Origin: Parcubacteria group bacterium M6-OD1-4
GTDB taxonomy: Bacteria; Patescibacteriota; Patescibacteriia; Patescibacteriales; UBA12465
DNA length: 64,000 bases
Direction of reading: 5' to 3'
Assembly: GCA_003056205.1 (NCBI GenBank)
Contig: LSNS01000004.1
Coordinates: 55,870-119,869, forward strand
The notes under the pieces are model-generated. The model did not search any database and was not told where the DNA came from. It saw nothing but the letters and a program-made list of their open reading frames with translations. Positions 48,204-59,388 of this stretch are shown one piece after another. A program made the position numbers and the translations under genes. Each line of letters opens with the position of its first letter. The first letter of the stretch is position 1.

Positions 48204-50903
48204 CTACTTAGCTATAGTAACACTAAGTCGAGCAAACGCCAAGAAAATAAAACTAAAAGCAATAATCATAATAATTGGAGCAATTATTGATAAATAATTT
48301 CTGTGACGAGGTCGGAAGTACTTCAATAACAAAGAATTACTAACAACCGAGACTGAACTGAGGGCCATGGCTAAACCGGCTAATTCTGGATTTAAGACTA
48401 AACCAAAAGAAATAAAAATTCGCGCGGCAATCGGGATACCAATCGCATTATAGAATAGGGCAAAAAACATATTTTGTTTCACTTTCGCAATAGTTTCTTT
48501 GGAAAGTTCAATGGCGGTAATAACATCATTGAGATTACTCTTGATAATCACCATCCCACCAGCTTCCATAGCAACATCAGTTCCATTTCCCATCGCAATA
48601 CCTAAATTGGCTTGAGCTAAAGCGGGAGCATCATTAATTCCATCACCGACCATCGCCACTCTTTGACCATTAGCTTGAATTTTCTTAATCGCCTTCGCTT
48701 TTTCTTCTGGCAAAACATTAGCGAAAACTTGAGTAATATTGACTTGTTTAGCGACCGCTTGTGCGGTTCGTTCATTATCACCAGTAATCATATAAACTAG
48801 CAAACCCATTTTTTGTAAATGAGCAATAGTTTCACGAGAGCTTTTTTTAATGATATCGGCCACCGCCACCGCTCCAATCAATTCTTGAGAGGAAGCTAAA
48901 AGCATCACTGTTTTACCCTGTTCTTCGAGCTTGGTAATTTGCTGAGTAACCTTCTCAACCTCCGAACTCAAAGTACTCATTAATCGCCGATTACCAAAAG
49001 AATATTGTCGACCATTAATTTCACCAATAACGCCCTGCCCGGGGATGGCTTTAAAATTATTAACTGCTTCCAAAGTTAATTTTTTCTTTTGGCTATGATT
49101 ATAAATAGCCTCAGCTAAAGGATGTTCGGAGAGTTTTTCTAAACTACCAACCAGACTCAGAATTTCATCTTCATTTTTTGAGCCAAAAGAAATAATCTCA
49201 GTTACGTCTGGCTTCCCTTCGGTAAGAGTGCCAGTTTTATCAAAAACAATTGCTTGAATTTTGCAAGCTTCCTCTAGCGGTCCACCACCTTTAATTAAAA
49301 TACCTTTTTCCGCCCCTCGTCCAGTTCCAACCATAATTGCTGTCGGTGTTGCTAGACCTAAAGCACAAGGACAAGCAATAACAATCACGGCGGTGAAGGC
49401 CATTAAAGCAAAAGTTAAACTAGCTCCTAATAAAAAATACCATACTAGAAAAGTGACAATGGCCGAGCCAATCACAACGGGAACAAAGACGGCGGCAATC
49501 TTGTCGGCAAAACCCTGAATGGGCGCTTTAGAACCCTGGGCTTCCTCCACTAAACGAATAATCTGCGCTAGAGTAGTTTCGGAACCGACTCGGGTTGCTT
49601 GAAATTCAAAACTACCAGTTTTATTAATAGCCGCTCCAATAACTTTATCGCCAACCTTTTTCTCTACTGGAATACTTTCGCCAGTGATCATTGATTCATT
49701 AACAGTTGAATTTCCCTTGGTAATTCGCCCATCAACAGGAATTTTTTCTCCGGGACGAACGACCACAATATCGCCCTCCACAACTTCTTCCACCGGAATA
49801 TCCTGAGTCTGCCCCTGACGAATAACGCGAGCAGTCTTCGCCTGCAAACCCATTAATTTTTTAATAGAATCTGAAGTTTTGCCCTTAGCACTAGTTTCTA
49901 ACCATTTACCCAGAATAACAAAGGTAATTAAAAAGGCGGCCGTCTCAAAATATAATTCTGGAATTTTAGCCCCATTTAGACCAATTAAAGAATGAGTCTG
50001 AACAACATAGATTATATAGTAGGCTAAACTATAAAAGTAAGCCGTAGAAGTACCAATCGCTACCAGGCTATCCATATTAAAGGTCTTCATTCGTAAACCA
50101 GCCCACATTCCTTTATAAAAGTTAGCTCCAATAATGAATTGTACGGGAGTAACTAAAATTAAAGAAATAATGCCGAAATAAGGAGGTAAGATACTCGCTC
50201 CAGGCAACCATTTAAAGAAATCCAGAAGCATGAAATAGAATAATGGCAAACTCAAAATCAAACTAAAAATGAATTTCTGCCAATAGTCTTTAATTTCTGC
50301 TGCCCGTTTATTAGTTTCAAATTCGGGATCTTTACTGTCAGGAATTTCAGCTTCATAACCAGCAGTTTTAATAGCTTGTATTAAATCAGGAATTTTAACT
50401 TCAGATTTATCAAAGAGAATAGAAGCTTTTTCGGATGAAAAATTAACGTTACCTTCTTTAACACCAGGTAATTTTTTCAGAGAACGTTCAATAATATTGG
50501 CACAAGAAGCACAATGCATGCCACTCAACGAAAGCATAACACGTTGATTTTGCTGACCTTGCTGAGAACTTAATTTTGATTTCGGAGATGAATCAGTGAC
50601 CGCGGGGTTTTCTTGATCTTTTGAACTATCCAACACTGCTAATTGACGACGATCTAAAGTTTGAGCAGTAGCTTCTGCCCCCTCAACTCTAATATTCTCA
50701 ATCGTATAGCCCGCCTGTTCCACGGCTGAAAAGATATTACTTTTAATTGACTTGTTAAATTTGCTAATAACAAATTCCACTTGATTACTTCGATCGATGA
50801 TTTGAAGATCTTGAAGACCTGCTATTGAAGTTAACTTTTGATGAAGCCCTTCGTCAAAAGACGAGCCTAACCGGCCCTTAATTTTTAAATATATCTTAGG
50901 CAT
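48204..50903 (-). CDS. copA: copper-translocating P1B-type ATPase
   Basis: GMHCASC HMA, TGES, CPCALG, DKTGT, YN and MALSS motifs. Confidence 0.94.
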   Translation of the reverse strand: MPKIYLKIKGRLGSSFDEGLHQKLTSIAGLQDLQIIDRSNQVEFVISKFNKSIKSNIFSAVEQAGYTIENIRVEGAEATAQTLDRRQLAVLDSSKDQENPAVTDSSPKSKLSSQQGQQNQRVMLSLSGMHCASCANIIERSLKKLPGVKEGNVNFSSEKASILFDKSEVKIPDLIQAIKTAGYEAEIPDSKDPEFETNKRAAEIKDYWQKFIFSLILSLPLFYFMLLDFFKWLPGASILPPYFGIISLILVTPVQFIIGANFYKGMWAGLRMKTFNMDSLVAIGTSTAYFYSLAYYIIYVVQTHSLIGLNGAKIPELYFETAAFLITFVILGKWLETSAKGKTSDSIKKLMGLQAKTARVIRQGQTQDIPVEEVVEGDIVVVRPGEKIPVDGRITKGNSTVNESMITGESIPVEKKVGDKVIGAAINKTGSFEFQATRVGSETTLAQIIRLVEEAQGSKAPIQGFADKIAAVFVPVVIGSAIVTFLVWYFLLGASLTFALMAFTAVIVIACPCALGLATPTAIMVGTGRGAEKGILIKGGGPLEEACKIQAIVFDKTGTLTEGKPDVTEIISFGSKNEDEILSLVGSLEKLSEHPLAEAIYNHSQKKKLTLEAVNNFKAIPGQGVIGEINGRQYSFGNRRLMSTLSSEVEKVTQQITKLEEQGKTVMLLASSQELIGAVAVADIIKKSSRETIAHLQKMGLLVYMITGDNERTAQAVAKQVNITQVFANVLPEEKAKAIKKIQANGQRVAMVGDGINDAPALAQANLGIAMGNGTDVAMEAGGMVIIKSNLNDVITAIELSKETIAKVKQNMFFALFYNAIGIPIAARIFISFGLVLNPELAGLAMALSSVSVVSNSLLLKYFRPRHRNYLSIIAPIIMIIAFSFIFLAFARLSVTIAK

Positions 50904-50927
50904 ATTTTTATTAAATTTGGTGATGAA

Positions 50928-51134
50928 TTAATTAGACTCAGCTTGATAATCAGTATCCTCTAGAGCCTTATTAATTTCTTCTAAATTGACTTCACGGCTG
51001 GCCTCAATATTAGCCACGCCACTTTTAAGGTCAACTTGAACAGCAGAGACGCCCTCAATTTTACTAATTTCCTGCTCGCTAGTTCGCACGCAACCCTCAC
51101 AAGAGAGCCCGTTTAATTTAAACTTTATATTCAT
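50928..51134 (-). CDS. copZ: copper chaperone (HMA)
   Basis: GLSCEGC, 68 aa, directly upstream of copA. Confidence 0.85.
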   Translation of the reverse strand: MNIKFKLNGLSCEGCVRTSEQEISKIEGVSAVQVDLKSGVANIEASREVNLEEINKALEDTDYQAESN

Positions 51135-51311
51135 ATGAAATTAAATTAAAAATTAATTAAATTATTATTAAATGCAGTCTTAATATAACACCAAACATCT
51201 CACTATTCAATAGCGAACAGAATATTAACAATGGGGATTAGCTATTTATTAGTCTTGAAAATTAAATCTCTTCCCTACTAAATAATAATGAGATATAAAT
51301 ATATCTAAAAA

Positions 51312-52076
51312 TTAATTTGAAGGAGTGGGATGGAAATGAGAAGAAAATTGTGTTTGTCGGAAAAATCCCCGCCCCGAATGAACAGTTTTAATAGTTATAG
51401 CCTGAAATTTATTAAATCGACCATTAATTGAACTCTGACCAATTAGAAAAACAGATTGACCAACTTTCAAGATTGAGGAAGAAGTATTAGATGCGGGAAG
51501 AATAATTTGCCAGGTTTGTCCCCGAGGATCAATAATATTAAAGCTCTGATCAATGTTTTTAGAAGAAATCACACCCACTAAGCGACCTTCGTCAGGATCA
51601 AACCAAAAAACTAACTGACGATTAATTACCGTACTATAAAAAGGCACTTGTCCACTAACCCGATCATCAATTCTAGAGCCCAAACCAATAGAAAAAAAAG
51701 TAATACCGAGAATAATACTAACCAAGATGGAGGCCCCAATAATCTGCCACGGAGGATAACGATAAGCTTTCGAAGTGTGCTGTAAGTTATAAGATAAAAT
51801 AAAAAGAAATATTCCTAAAAAAATAAACCAAAAATAAGGGAGAGTGAGAAGTAGAAAATGGCTTAAACTCTGATGCATCTCCAAGTGTAATTCCCAGCCA
51901 CTGTATTCTACAAAATAAATCATGACGGAAATAGCCGCCGCTCCAATTAACAAAGAAATTAAACCACTACCCCAAACAACATATTTTTTTAATAAAAAAT
52001 GCCAACGAGGATAAGGACTAATCTTTTTATCTTTAATTTTTTCTACTAATCTTTTATCAAAATCATTAAATTCCAT
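51312..52076 (-). CDS. membrane protein downstream of ECF sigma factor (possible anti-sigma)
   Basis: Three TM helices plus soluble C-domain; 4-nt gap to sigma gene. Confidence 0.6.
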   Translation of the reverse strand: MEFNDFDKRLVEKIKDKKISPYPRWHFLLKKYVVWGSGLISLLIGAAAISVMIYFVEYSGWELHLEMHQSLSHFLLLTLPYFWFIFLGIFLFILSYNLQHTSKAYRYPPWQIIGASILVSIILGITFFSIGLGSRIDDRVSGQVPFYSTVINRQLVFWFDPDEGRLVGVISSKNIDQSFNIIDPRGQTWQIILPASNTSSSILKVGQSVFLIGQSSINGRFNKFQAITIKTVHSGRGFFRQTQFSSHFHPTPSN

Positions 52077-52080
52077 ATAT

Positions 52081-52665
52081 TTATAAAATAATTTTTGTTT
52101 TGGTGAGTTCTGTGCGAAACTCTCGTTTAGCTCTATTAATTAAGGAGGCAACGGTACCCAGCGGTCTTTTAATAATATCAGAGATTTCTCGATAATTTTT
52201 TTCTTCCAAAAACTTAAGAATGAGAACTTCACGATATTTTTTAGGTAAACTATTTAAAATTTTAAAAATATTAGTTCTCAAAATTTTGAGATCAACAGAC
52301 CCAATAATATCAATATCAGTAGCTAAATTACGGGTTAAATTCTCATCCAAATTCACTTGATAGCCTTCAGGACGAGCCTGTAATTTACGATGTTGACTAA
52401 TCACTTCATTATGAACAATACGGTAGATCCAGGAAGAAAATTTTAAATCATTTTTAAAGGCATTAAGATTTAAATAAACCTTAATAAAAACATCCTGAAG
52501 AATATCTTCAGCATCTTCTAAACTAATATTAGTTAAACGACGAATATAGATCAATAAACGATTCTGATAGCGATTAACTAAATACAAAAAATTGTCTTGA
52601 TTTTTCAAGCTTAGTTTAACTAATTCCTCATCACGAGCATGGTCTAAATCTTTAGTAATAGGCAT
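52081..52665 (-). CDS. ECF RNA polymerase sigma factor
   Basis: DAEDILQDVF, FSSWIYRI, YREIS..GTVAS. Confidence 0.93.
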   Translation of the reverse strand: MPITKDLDHARDEELVKLSLKNQDNFLYLVNRYQNRLLIYIRRLTNISLEDAEDILQDVFIKVYLNLNAFKNDLKFSSWIYRIVHNEVISQHRKLQARPEGYQVNLDENLTRNLATDIDIIGSVDLKILRTNIFKILNSLPKKYREVLILKFLEEKNYREISDIIKRPLGTVASLINRAKREFRTELTKTKIIL

Positions 52666-52736
52666 ATCATCATTATATCATGTTAATAATCAAGAAGAAT
52701 AATTAATTCATCACAGAAGAACTTCTTAATAGAAAA

Positions 52737-53084
52737 TTAACCAATATTTACTTGGGGGATCTTATTCCTAATCTGAAATTTTAATTGTTGAGAGATGGCA
52801 ATCGCTCGATCATAGTTACCAGAGCGAGCAGCCTGACGGGCCTCTAAGAAAGTATTAAAATCATTTTGACTGAGTTTAGCATAGGTCTGATTATGTTGGA
52901 GAACGATAGCTTTCCAAGAATGATAATCACGATTTTCAAAGGCCACCAGAATTTTTTCTTCTTTACTAGGAGTTTCTTGATCAATTTTATTCCGAGAATT
53001 AAGACGATAATTTGTATAAAGACCAGCGGAGAGAATAACAGTTAAAATAGCAATACTGATTGCGGCCTGTTTATATTTTTGCAT
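52737..53084 (-). CDS. hypothetical membrane-anchored protein
   Basis: N-terminal TM. Confidence 0.6.
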   Translation of the reverse strand: MQKYKQAAISIAILTVILSAGLYTNYRLNSRNKIDQETPSKEEKILVAFENRDYHSWKAIVLQHNQTYAKLSQNDFNTFLEARQAARSGNYDRAIAISQQLKFQIRNKIPQVNIG

Positions 53085-53204
53085 ATTATTAGGCTGTTAA
53101 TTTATATTTGTGAGCTCTCACCTAATAATACGTCGCCATATTTAATTTTCTTCCATTTTTCTATTCACCAAGAATATTAGATTGTCAGTTGAAAAATCTT
53201 TAAA

Positions 53205-54014
53205 TCATTTTCGCCAAGGCCATAAAATTAAAAATGATAAAGAGAAGTGTAAGAGAGAAATTAATAAAACATAAATATAAATGGGAAGCAATTTAATTAA
53301 AAAATGAGTAAAATTGAGAAAATAAATTGTCAAATCTCCATGAACCAGCAAAGCTAAAGTATTTAGTAGTAGAAGAATAATAATAATTGTTAAGCCACCC
53401 CGTCCAGCACCACGCAAGTCTTCTCGGCTAGGGGCAAGATGGGAGGCAATGGCAAAAGAAATATAAAGAAAAATCCAAAAACCAAAATGATGTAAATTAG
53501 CACTGGAGAATAATAAACTCAAAGATTTTCCAAGACCGGAAATTAATAAAGGAATAGAAATCTGCTGAAATGATAATTGATTAAATATTTCTTGACCCTG
53601 CGGAACTAAAATGACAAGTAATAAGGCTAAAAGTAAAGGCCCAAAAATTAAAGGGGCTAAACCAATAAAAAAATTACCAATATTTTGATAAAGATTTCGA
53701 GATCGGTAAGTATGATTAACATGCCCTAATTCTCCAGTCTGAGGATTTGGAGAGAATAAAGCAATATCTGTAATTCGATGTTTAAATAATAAAGCAAAAA
53801 AAGCATGTCCGTATTCATGAACTGGTGTCCCAAGCCACGCCGTCCATAATATTCCCCGCCAACCAACTGAACGGCTATAATTTTTTAAAGTGACCCGTTG
53901 AATCTCTGCTAAGATAAACCCCAATAAGAAAAAAATTCCTAAGATAGAAACAATCTGGATAAAGGTAATTTGAATAACTTGAACAAGAAAATTAAGCATA
54001 GATAAATTTCTCAA
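53205..54014 (-). CDS. M50-like membrane metallopeptidase
   Basis: HEYGH, GHV, GLAP, PSREDL. Confidence 0.7.
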   Translation of the reverse strand: MRNLSMLNFLVQVIQITFIQIVSILGIFFLLGFILAEIQRVTLKNYSRSVGWRGILWTAWLGTPVHEYGHAFFALLFKHRITDIALFSPNPQTGELGHVNHTYRSRNLYQNIGNFFIGLAPLIFGPLLLALLLVILVPQGQEIFNQLSFQQISIPLLISGLGKSLSLLFSSANLHHFGFWIFLYISFAIASHLAPSREDLRGAGRGGLTIIIILLLLNTLALLVHGDLTIYFLNFTHFLIKLLPIYIYVLLISLLHFSLSFLILWPWRK

Positions 54015-54082
54015 TAAAATTTAATAAAATAAAAACAAATAGACAGTTAATTAATTTACTTTATTAATAATAAATAATTATC

Positions 54083-54661
54083 TTAATTAATAATTTTTAT
54101 TATTTCCTGAGCCCAATATTGTAAATCATCATTAAGAGGGCTTTGTTTCCAATTAGCTTGTAGGGCAATAATTACCTTTAAATAGTGATTCAGTGTTAGT
54201 TCTTTGCTAGCATAAAAACGAGCAAATACCAGGTCACCATATCTTTGATAATCATCAATAATCTCACTAACGTTAGAAATAATATCTCCAGATTTAAGAA
54301 GTAAGGATTCGTGAGAAAAACTGCTAATATCTCGCAAAGCTTCAGTTTTTCTTTTTTTCCAAGATAATTTTTTATCTTTTTCAGTAACACTCCAGACCAA
54401 ATCAGCCACCTTATCTCCAAAACGCTCAGTAATCATCTTTAAATTAACTTTCTTCTCTGGTAAACTATCTTCTATTGTGTCATGCAAGATACCAGCGATA
54501 ACAACTTCTTCAGAGGCATGCGCCTGAGAAAGAATAATACCAACAGTTAGAGGGTGAGTAATGTAAGCAATATCTTTACCTTTTCTTTTTTGCTTTTGAT
54601 AAAGCTCATGAGTTTTAATAGCAAATTTAATAGCCTGTTTAATTTTAACTGTGTAAACCAT
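54083..54661 (-). CDS. HD-domain protein, small alarmone hydrolase (Mesh1/SpoT-like)
   Basis: QKRKG..YITHP, LHDTIED, KSGDIISN. Confidence 0.85.
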   Translation of the reverse strand: MVYTVKIKQAIKFAIKTHELYQKQKRKGKDIAYITHPLTVGIILSQAHASEEVVIAGILHDTIEDSLPEKKVNLKMITERFGDKVADLVWSVTEKDKKLSWKKRKTEALRDISSFSHESLLLKSGDIISNVSEIIDDYQRYGDLVFARFYASKELTLNHYLKVIIALQANWKQSPLNDDLQYWAQEIIKIIN

Positions 54662-54740
54662 AATGCTTAAATTAACCTTGGAATTAATTTTTATTACTTA
54701 GTAATTTGGTAAAAAGGCGATAATTTTATAATTTAAATAC

Positions 54741-55337
54741 TTAGTTTAACAAATTCTGAGAAGCAAAATCCCAATTAAGGAGTTTAGCAATGACTACTTC
54801 TAGAAATTCGGCCCGACGATTTTGATAATCTAGATAATAAGCATGCTCCCAAAGATCAATTGTTAATACCGGACGAAGATGATGAGCGAGCGGGGTGTCG
54901 GCATTGGCGGTTTTCATAATTTCCAGAGTTTTATTATTTTTAACTAACCACACCCAACCACTACCAAATTGACTTAAAGCTGTAGTTTTCAAGTCGTTAA
55001 CAAAATTATCAAAACTTCCGAAAGAATTATTCAATAAAGATAATAATTCCTCAGAAATCTTCATTTCTTTATTGCTCGGATGAAGACTATTCCAAAAAAA
55101 TTGATGATTAAAAATCTGAGAAGCATTGTTAAAAATGGCAACTTGCTTAAGATTGTCTTTGGTCTTCATCATAATACTCTCTAGGCTCTCCTCTTCTAAC
55201 TCAGTGCCAATAATGAGTTTATTTAATTTATTGACATAAGCTTGGTGATGTTGTCCATAGTGATATTCCATGGTTTTTGCTGAGATATAAGGCTCTAAAG
55301 CTGTTTTCTCAAACGGTAGTGGTAAAATAGTAAACAT
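54741..55337 (-). CDS. sodB: Fe/Mn superoxide dismutase
   Basis: HYGQHH, NNASQIFNH, DLWEHAYY. Confidence 0.92.
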   Translation of the reverse strand: MFTILPLPFEKTALEPYISAKTMEYHYGQHHQAYVNKLNKLIIGTELEEESLESIMMKTKDNLKQVAIFNNASQIFNHQFFWNSLHPSNKEMKISEELLSLLNNSFGSFDNFVNDLKTTALSQFGSGWVWLVKNNKTLEIMKTANADTPLAHHLRPVLTIDLWEHAYYLDYQNRRAEFLEVVIAKLLNWDFASQNLLN

Positions 55338-55359
55338 ATACTTTAATTAAATTTATTAA

Positions 55360-55773
55360 TTAGTTTTTTGTTTTCGATTTCTCTGCTAAATATTTTTTTA
55401 ATAACTTAATATCCCTAAAATCTTTTTTCCGGCCTAAAGCTTGTTTGAACTCAATTGTTTTTTGAATATTGAGAAAAGAGAAATTATGAATAATATCCGC
55501 CGTGATAATGGCCACGCTAATTGTAACAGGATAAGCTTCCCAATCTAATTGACTAATTATTTCTACTCCAGGGGAATTGAGGAATAATCGATGATATTTA
55601 GTTTTCTGCTGATATTTGCCAGAAGTAATTAACTTTTTCAACAATTTCGCACTAACAGCTATATCTAAATCATGAGCTTCTCTAATTCCTCGAGCCGCCA
55701 AGGGTCCGCTACCAACGACAACATACTCCCCAAGGGGAAAACTTAACTCTTCAAGTTTTTTAAAAATATTCAT
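55360..55773 (-). CDS. nucleotidyltransferase-like hypothetical protein
   Basis: VVGSG..RGIREAHDLD; GRKKD..D. Confidence 0.65.
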   Translation of the reverse strand: MNIFKKLEELSFPLGEYVVVGSGPLAARGIREAHDLDIAVSAKLLKKLITSGKYQQKTKYHRLFLNSPGVEIISQLDWEAYPVTISVAIITADIIHNFSFLNIQKTIEFKQALGRKKDFRDIKLLKKYLAEKSKTKN

Positions 55774-55813
55774 CTACTAGAAGTATAACGGAAAATGAGA
55801 ATTTTAAAAAGAA

Positions 55814-55840
55814 AAAAGACTAAATCTGATTTAGTCTTTT
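55814..55840 (-). terminator. intrinsic terminator after tRNA-Trp
   Basis: AAAAGACTAAATC-T-GATTTAGTCTTTT. Confidence 0.7.
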
Positions 55841-55846
55841 ATAAGG

Positions 55847-55917
55847 CACGGGATGAGGGAATCGAACCCCCGCTAGAAGTTTTGGAGACTCCTGTACTGC
55901 CACTATACGAATCCCGC
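55847..55917 (-). tRNA. tRNA-Trp(CCA)
   Basis: GCGGGAT/ATCCCGT acceptor, CT-CCA-AA loop. Confidence 0.93.
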
Positions 55918-55987
55918 AAAAATTTCGGCGGCAATTAAAAATTAAAGCAGTCGAAATTTAAGTTTTCTTTTTTAATTATTTCTTTCA

Positions 55988-56128
55988 TTATTCTTCCCCA
56001 ACCATTCCTTCTTTCTTGATTTGCATTTCCTGACCACAGCAAATCAAGGTTCCACCTCCGTCTTTCTCAAATTTAACTTCATTCCCACAAACGGAACAAA
56101 AATAAATTTTTCCTAAACGATTACTCAT
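55988..56128 (-). CDS. desulforedoxin-like small iron protein (46 aa; missed by ORF track)
   Basis: MSNRLGKIYFCSVCGNEVKFEKDGGGTLICCGQEM: CxxC..CC pattern. Confidence 0.85.
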   Translation of the reverse strand: MSNRLGKIYFCSVCGNEVKFEKDGGGTLICCGQEMQIKKEGMVGEE

Positions 56129-56159
56129 ATATTTAGATCCTTAATTAATAAGTCTTTTT

Positions 56160-56699
56160 TTAATAAGTCTCAATCCAAATCTCAAAATAAGATTGGGGAT
56201 GACTACAAGCTGGGCAAACCTTTGGTGGTTCAGTTCCTTCGTAAATATAACCACAATTTAAACATTTCCATTTTTTAACTTCTGCTCTTTTAAAGACCTG
56301 ACCACCTTGAACATTGTCTAATAATTTCTGATAACGTAACTGGTGTCCTTTCTCTGCTTGACCGACCTCAGTAAACAATCGAGCAAGCTCTTCGTGCCCT
56401 TCCTCAAGAGCTTCTTTCGCCATTCGGGGATACATTTCACTATTTTCATAAAGTTCACCTTTAATCGCTGCCGTTAAATTAGCTTCTAAATCACCAATTA
56501 AATCTAAATGTTTCGCCCAAATTTTAGCATGTTCTTTTTCATTTAAAGCGGTTTCCTTAAAAATATTAGAAATTTGCTCATAGCCTGCCTTCTTAGCAAC
56601 AGAAGCAAAATAATCATATTTATTGCGAGCCATTGATTCGCCGGCAAAAGCATCTTCCAAATTCTTTTTTGTTTTTGGTCCTAACATATTATTATTCAT
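56160..56699 (-). CDS. rbr: rubrerythrin
   Basis: AFAGESMA, EKEHA, C-terminal CLNCG..CPAC rubredoxin domain. Confidence 0.93.
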   Translation of the reverse strand: MNNNMLGPKTKKNLEDAFAGESMARNKYDYFASVAKKAGYEQISNIFKETALNEKEHAKIWAKHLDLIGDLEANLTAAIKGELYENSEMYPRMAKEALEEGHEELARLFTEVGQAEKGHQLRYQKLLDNVQGGQVFKRAEVKKWKCLNCGYIYEGTEPPKVCPACSHPQSYFEIWIETY

Positions 56700-56732
56700 T
56701 AATTATTTAAATTCTAAATTTTGTTTTTGAAA

Positions 56733-57809
56733 TTATTTACTTAAAGATCGATGTAAATCATCTTTAAATTCCATTTTATAGATATGCAAAACAGTCACCG
56801 TTAAAGCCACCACTAAAGGACCTAAAATTACCCCCCAAAAACCAAAAACACCAATACCTCCTAAAATAGAGAGAAGAACAAAAATTGGATTGATTTCGGC
56901 TTCATCTTTAATCATATAGGCTCGGACGATATTATCAACTGTACTAATAATTAACATCCCCCATAAGAGAATAAAAATGCCTTGCCAAATATCACCAATT
57001 AACAGATAAAAAACAGCCATTGGTAGATAAAATATCGTTGAACCTAGTGGTAAAAAAGAAAATAAAGTGACTAAAATACCTGCTAAGAGTGGCGGAAAAC
57101 CAACAATTCCAAAACCAATTGCTCCCACTATTCCCTGAGCTGCTGCTGAAGCAAAATTAGATAAGAAAGTAGAACGACTCACCACCTGAAACTTATGGAA
57201 TAATTCATCATTATATTTCTGAGGCCAAGGAGTTAAAGCCATTAGTTGTTTTAACATCTTCTTGCCATCCACAAAGAAGAAATACATCGTGACAATGATA
57301 ATTAATAGAGAAATAACAAAATCAGTTGTGCTCTTTAATAATATACTTGCTCCCGACAGTAACCAATTGCTAGATTGTTTCAAAATGCTTAAAACGGTAT
57401 TTTGGAAAGTACTATTATCTAAGTTATAAGTATTGAGATGTAAATAACGTAAAACACCACGATTCAGAAAATCAATCTTCAATAAATCATTAACCGTATG
57501 GCTATTAAAAAAATTAACCGTAATATTATAAGCGCTAATAGATTGCCCACCAGCGTAAGCAATAAATTTGATTGTTGGCAAAATTATTAGCACCAATAAT
57601 AATAAACACATCAAAACTGCTGCGAGCTGACGACGTCCACGTAAAAATTTTGTAAAACGAACATAAGGAGTATAAAACACTGAAACCATAATTGCGGCGA
57701 CAAAAATCTCCGTTAAAAACGGCTTAAAAATTAAGTAACAAGCAACCAGTACAACAGCAACAAGAACTAAAATAAATGGTTTAGTTAAACTTTTAGACAT
57801 AGCTTTCAA
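56733..57809 (-). CDS. AI-2E family transporter
   Basis: FFFVDG, DNIVRA, GGIGVFGFWGVILGP. Confidence 0.88.
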   Translation of the reverse strand: MKAMSKSLTKPFILVLVAVVLVACYLIFKPFLTEIFVAAIMVSVFYTPYVRFTKFLRGRRQLAAVLMCLLLLVLIILPTIKFIAYAGGQSISAYNITVNFFNSHTVNDLLKIDFLNRGVLRYLHLNTYNLDNSTFQNTVLSILKQSSNWLLSGASILLKSTTDFVISLLIIIVTMYFFFVDGKKMLKQLMALTPWPQKYNDELFHKFQVVSRSTFLSNFASAAAQGIVGAIGFGIVGFPPLLAGILVTLFSFLPLGSTIFYLPMAVFYLLIGDIWQGIFILLWGMLIISTVDNIVRAYMIKDEAEINPIFVLLSILGGIGVFGFWGVILGPLVVALTVTVLHIYKMEFKDDLHRSLSK

Positions 57810-57845
57810 ATGTAACTTCGAAATACGAACAAACTAATACTAAAT

Positions 57846-58001
57846 TTACTTGGTTTCCTTATGTAAAGTATTCTTTTTACACTGCTTACAATATTTAGAT
57901 AATTCTAAACGGTTTTTCAGAATTTTCTTATTTTTACGAGAATGGTGCGTAACTGTTTTACAAATCGTACACTCCATTTTAATCATATTGTCTTGAGACA
58001 T
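57846..58001 (-). CDS. rpmG: 50S ribosomal protein L33 (missed by ORF track)
   Basis: [40 protein letters not shown]. Confidence 0.93.
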   Translation of the reverse strand: MSQDNMIKMECTICKTVTHHSRKNKKILKNRLELSKYCKQCKKNTLHKETK

Positions 58002-58103
58002 AACAACTTGATCTTAATTAATTAATTCTTCTTGTAATTTAACAATATCTAAAAGACTGGTAAAAGTCAACTAAACTGGTAAGTTCCAAATTCTTAATTT
58101 AGC

Positions 58104-59069
58104 TTATTTCTGACAAGCTGGGCAATAAGAAGTTCCTCGTCCAGCAACCCTAGTTTTCAATAATAAAGTTCCACAATTATGACAAGCTTGTCCCGCTCGA
58201 CCATAGACTTTTAGAAGTCGAGAGAAATTTCCCTGTTTCCCCCGGGAATCAACATAAGAGTTGAAAGTAGTTCCCCGATATTTGATAGCTTGCTTAATCA
58301 AGCGATTAATTACTTGATAGAGCTTCCGTGATTCAGTAATAGTTAAAGAAGTGGCAGATCGTGTCGGCTTAATTCTCGCTCGCCACAGAGATTCATCAAC
58401 ATAAATATTTCCTAAACCAGCAACTATTCTTTGATTGAGAAGTAAAGCTTTAATTTTCATTGTTCTCCCCCGAAGTAAGTTTCTAAAAACTATTAACGAA
58501 AACTCAGAAGTCAAAGGTTCGGGGCCATAATTATTATTTAAAATATATTCTAACTCAGCCTTATTTACTAATTTTAAATAACCAAATTTGCGAAGATCAT
58601 TAAAAAATAATTGACCAGCATTCAAGAAATTAATTTGGGCTCGAGTATAATGATTAGGTAATTGACCGCCAATATTGGCGACTAAAGAATTTTCAGCAGA
58701 TTTTTTATTAACTAAGGGGTTTAAGCTATGTCCGCCAGCCAGTTTAATCTTTTTATCAAGATAAACTAATTGTCCAGTCAAGCGCAAATGAATCAGTAAA
58801 TAGTTGAAAGCATTACTATTAATCTTTAACTTTGAAGTTTTAGACAAACGAGATCTTCGTGGTAATTTATCCACAGATAAATAAAAAATCAACAACTTGC
58901 CCCGTCGTTGAATCTTTTTAATTTTTCTCCCCACTAAATTTTTGCTAAACAAAAAAACACTCGGATAAACTGATTTGGTCGAGAAAACTTTTACGGACTG
59001 AACATTTTTATTCAGTAAAAACTGATTTAAATCTTGGCAAATAGTTTCTACCTCCGGCAATTCCGGCAT
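58104..59069 (-). CDS. mutM: formamidopyrimidine-DNA glycosylase
   Basis: MPELPEVET, RRGK, GLGNIY, C-terminal zinc finger. Confidence 0.96.
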   Translation of the reverse strand: MPELPEVETICQDLNQFLLNKNVQSVKVFSTKSVYPSVFLFSKNLVGRKIKKIQRRGKLLIFYLSVDKLPRRSRLSKTSKLKINSNAFNYLLIHLRLTGQLVYLDKKIKLAGGHSLNPLVNKKSAENSLVANIGGQLPNHYTRAQINFLNAGQLFFNDLRKFGYLKLVNKAELEYILNNNYGPEPLTSEFSLIVFRNLLRGRTMKIKALLLNQRIVAGLGNIYVDESLWRARIKPTRSATSLTITESRKLYQVINRLIKQAIKYRGTTFNSYVDSRGKQGNFSRLLKVYGRAGQACHNCGTLLLKTRVAGRGTSYCPACQK

Positions 59070-59071
59070 AT

Positions 59072-59176
59072 TTAAATAAACATTAAAGCCACGATAACAA
59101 TCGTTAAAATAATGGCTTCAATAACAAAGATTTTAAACAAGCCAAGTCCAATTTTATTAGGATTGATTAAAGGCAT
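59072..59176 (-). CDS. possible 34-aa single-TM peptide
   Basis: MPLINPNKIGLGLFKIFVIEAIILTIVIVALMFI fills the tRNA-Tyr/mutM gap. Confidence 0.35.
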   Translation of the reverse strand: MPLINPNKIGLGLFKIFVIEAIILTIVIVALMFI

Positions 59177-59178
59177 AT

Positions 59179-59265
59179 TGGTGGGCCGAGTTGGATTCGA
59201 ACCAACGAAGGCATAAAGCCAGCAGTTTTACAGACTGCTCCAGTTGACCGCTTTGGTATCGACCC
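59179..59265 (-). tRNA. tRNA-Tyr(GTA)
   Basis: CT-GTA-AA loop, long variable arm, encoded CCA. Confidence 0.95.
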
Positions 59266-59388
59266 CGAATATTAAAAAATAATAATTAAAATTAAATTAT
59301 TATTTGCTTCCCTATCATAAAAAAAAACTCAATGATTGTCAAATCATTTCCGAATATTAAAAATATTTATCCTAAAAAATTATTAAAA

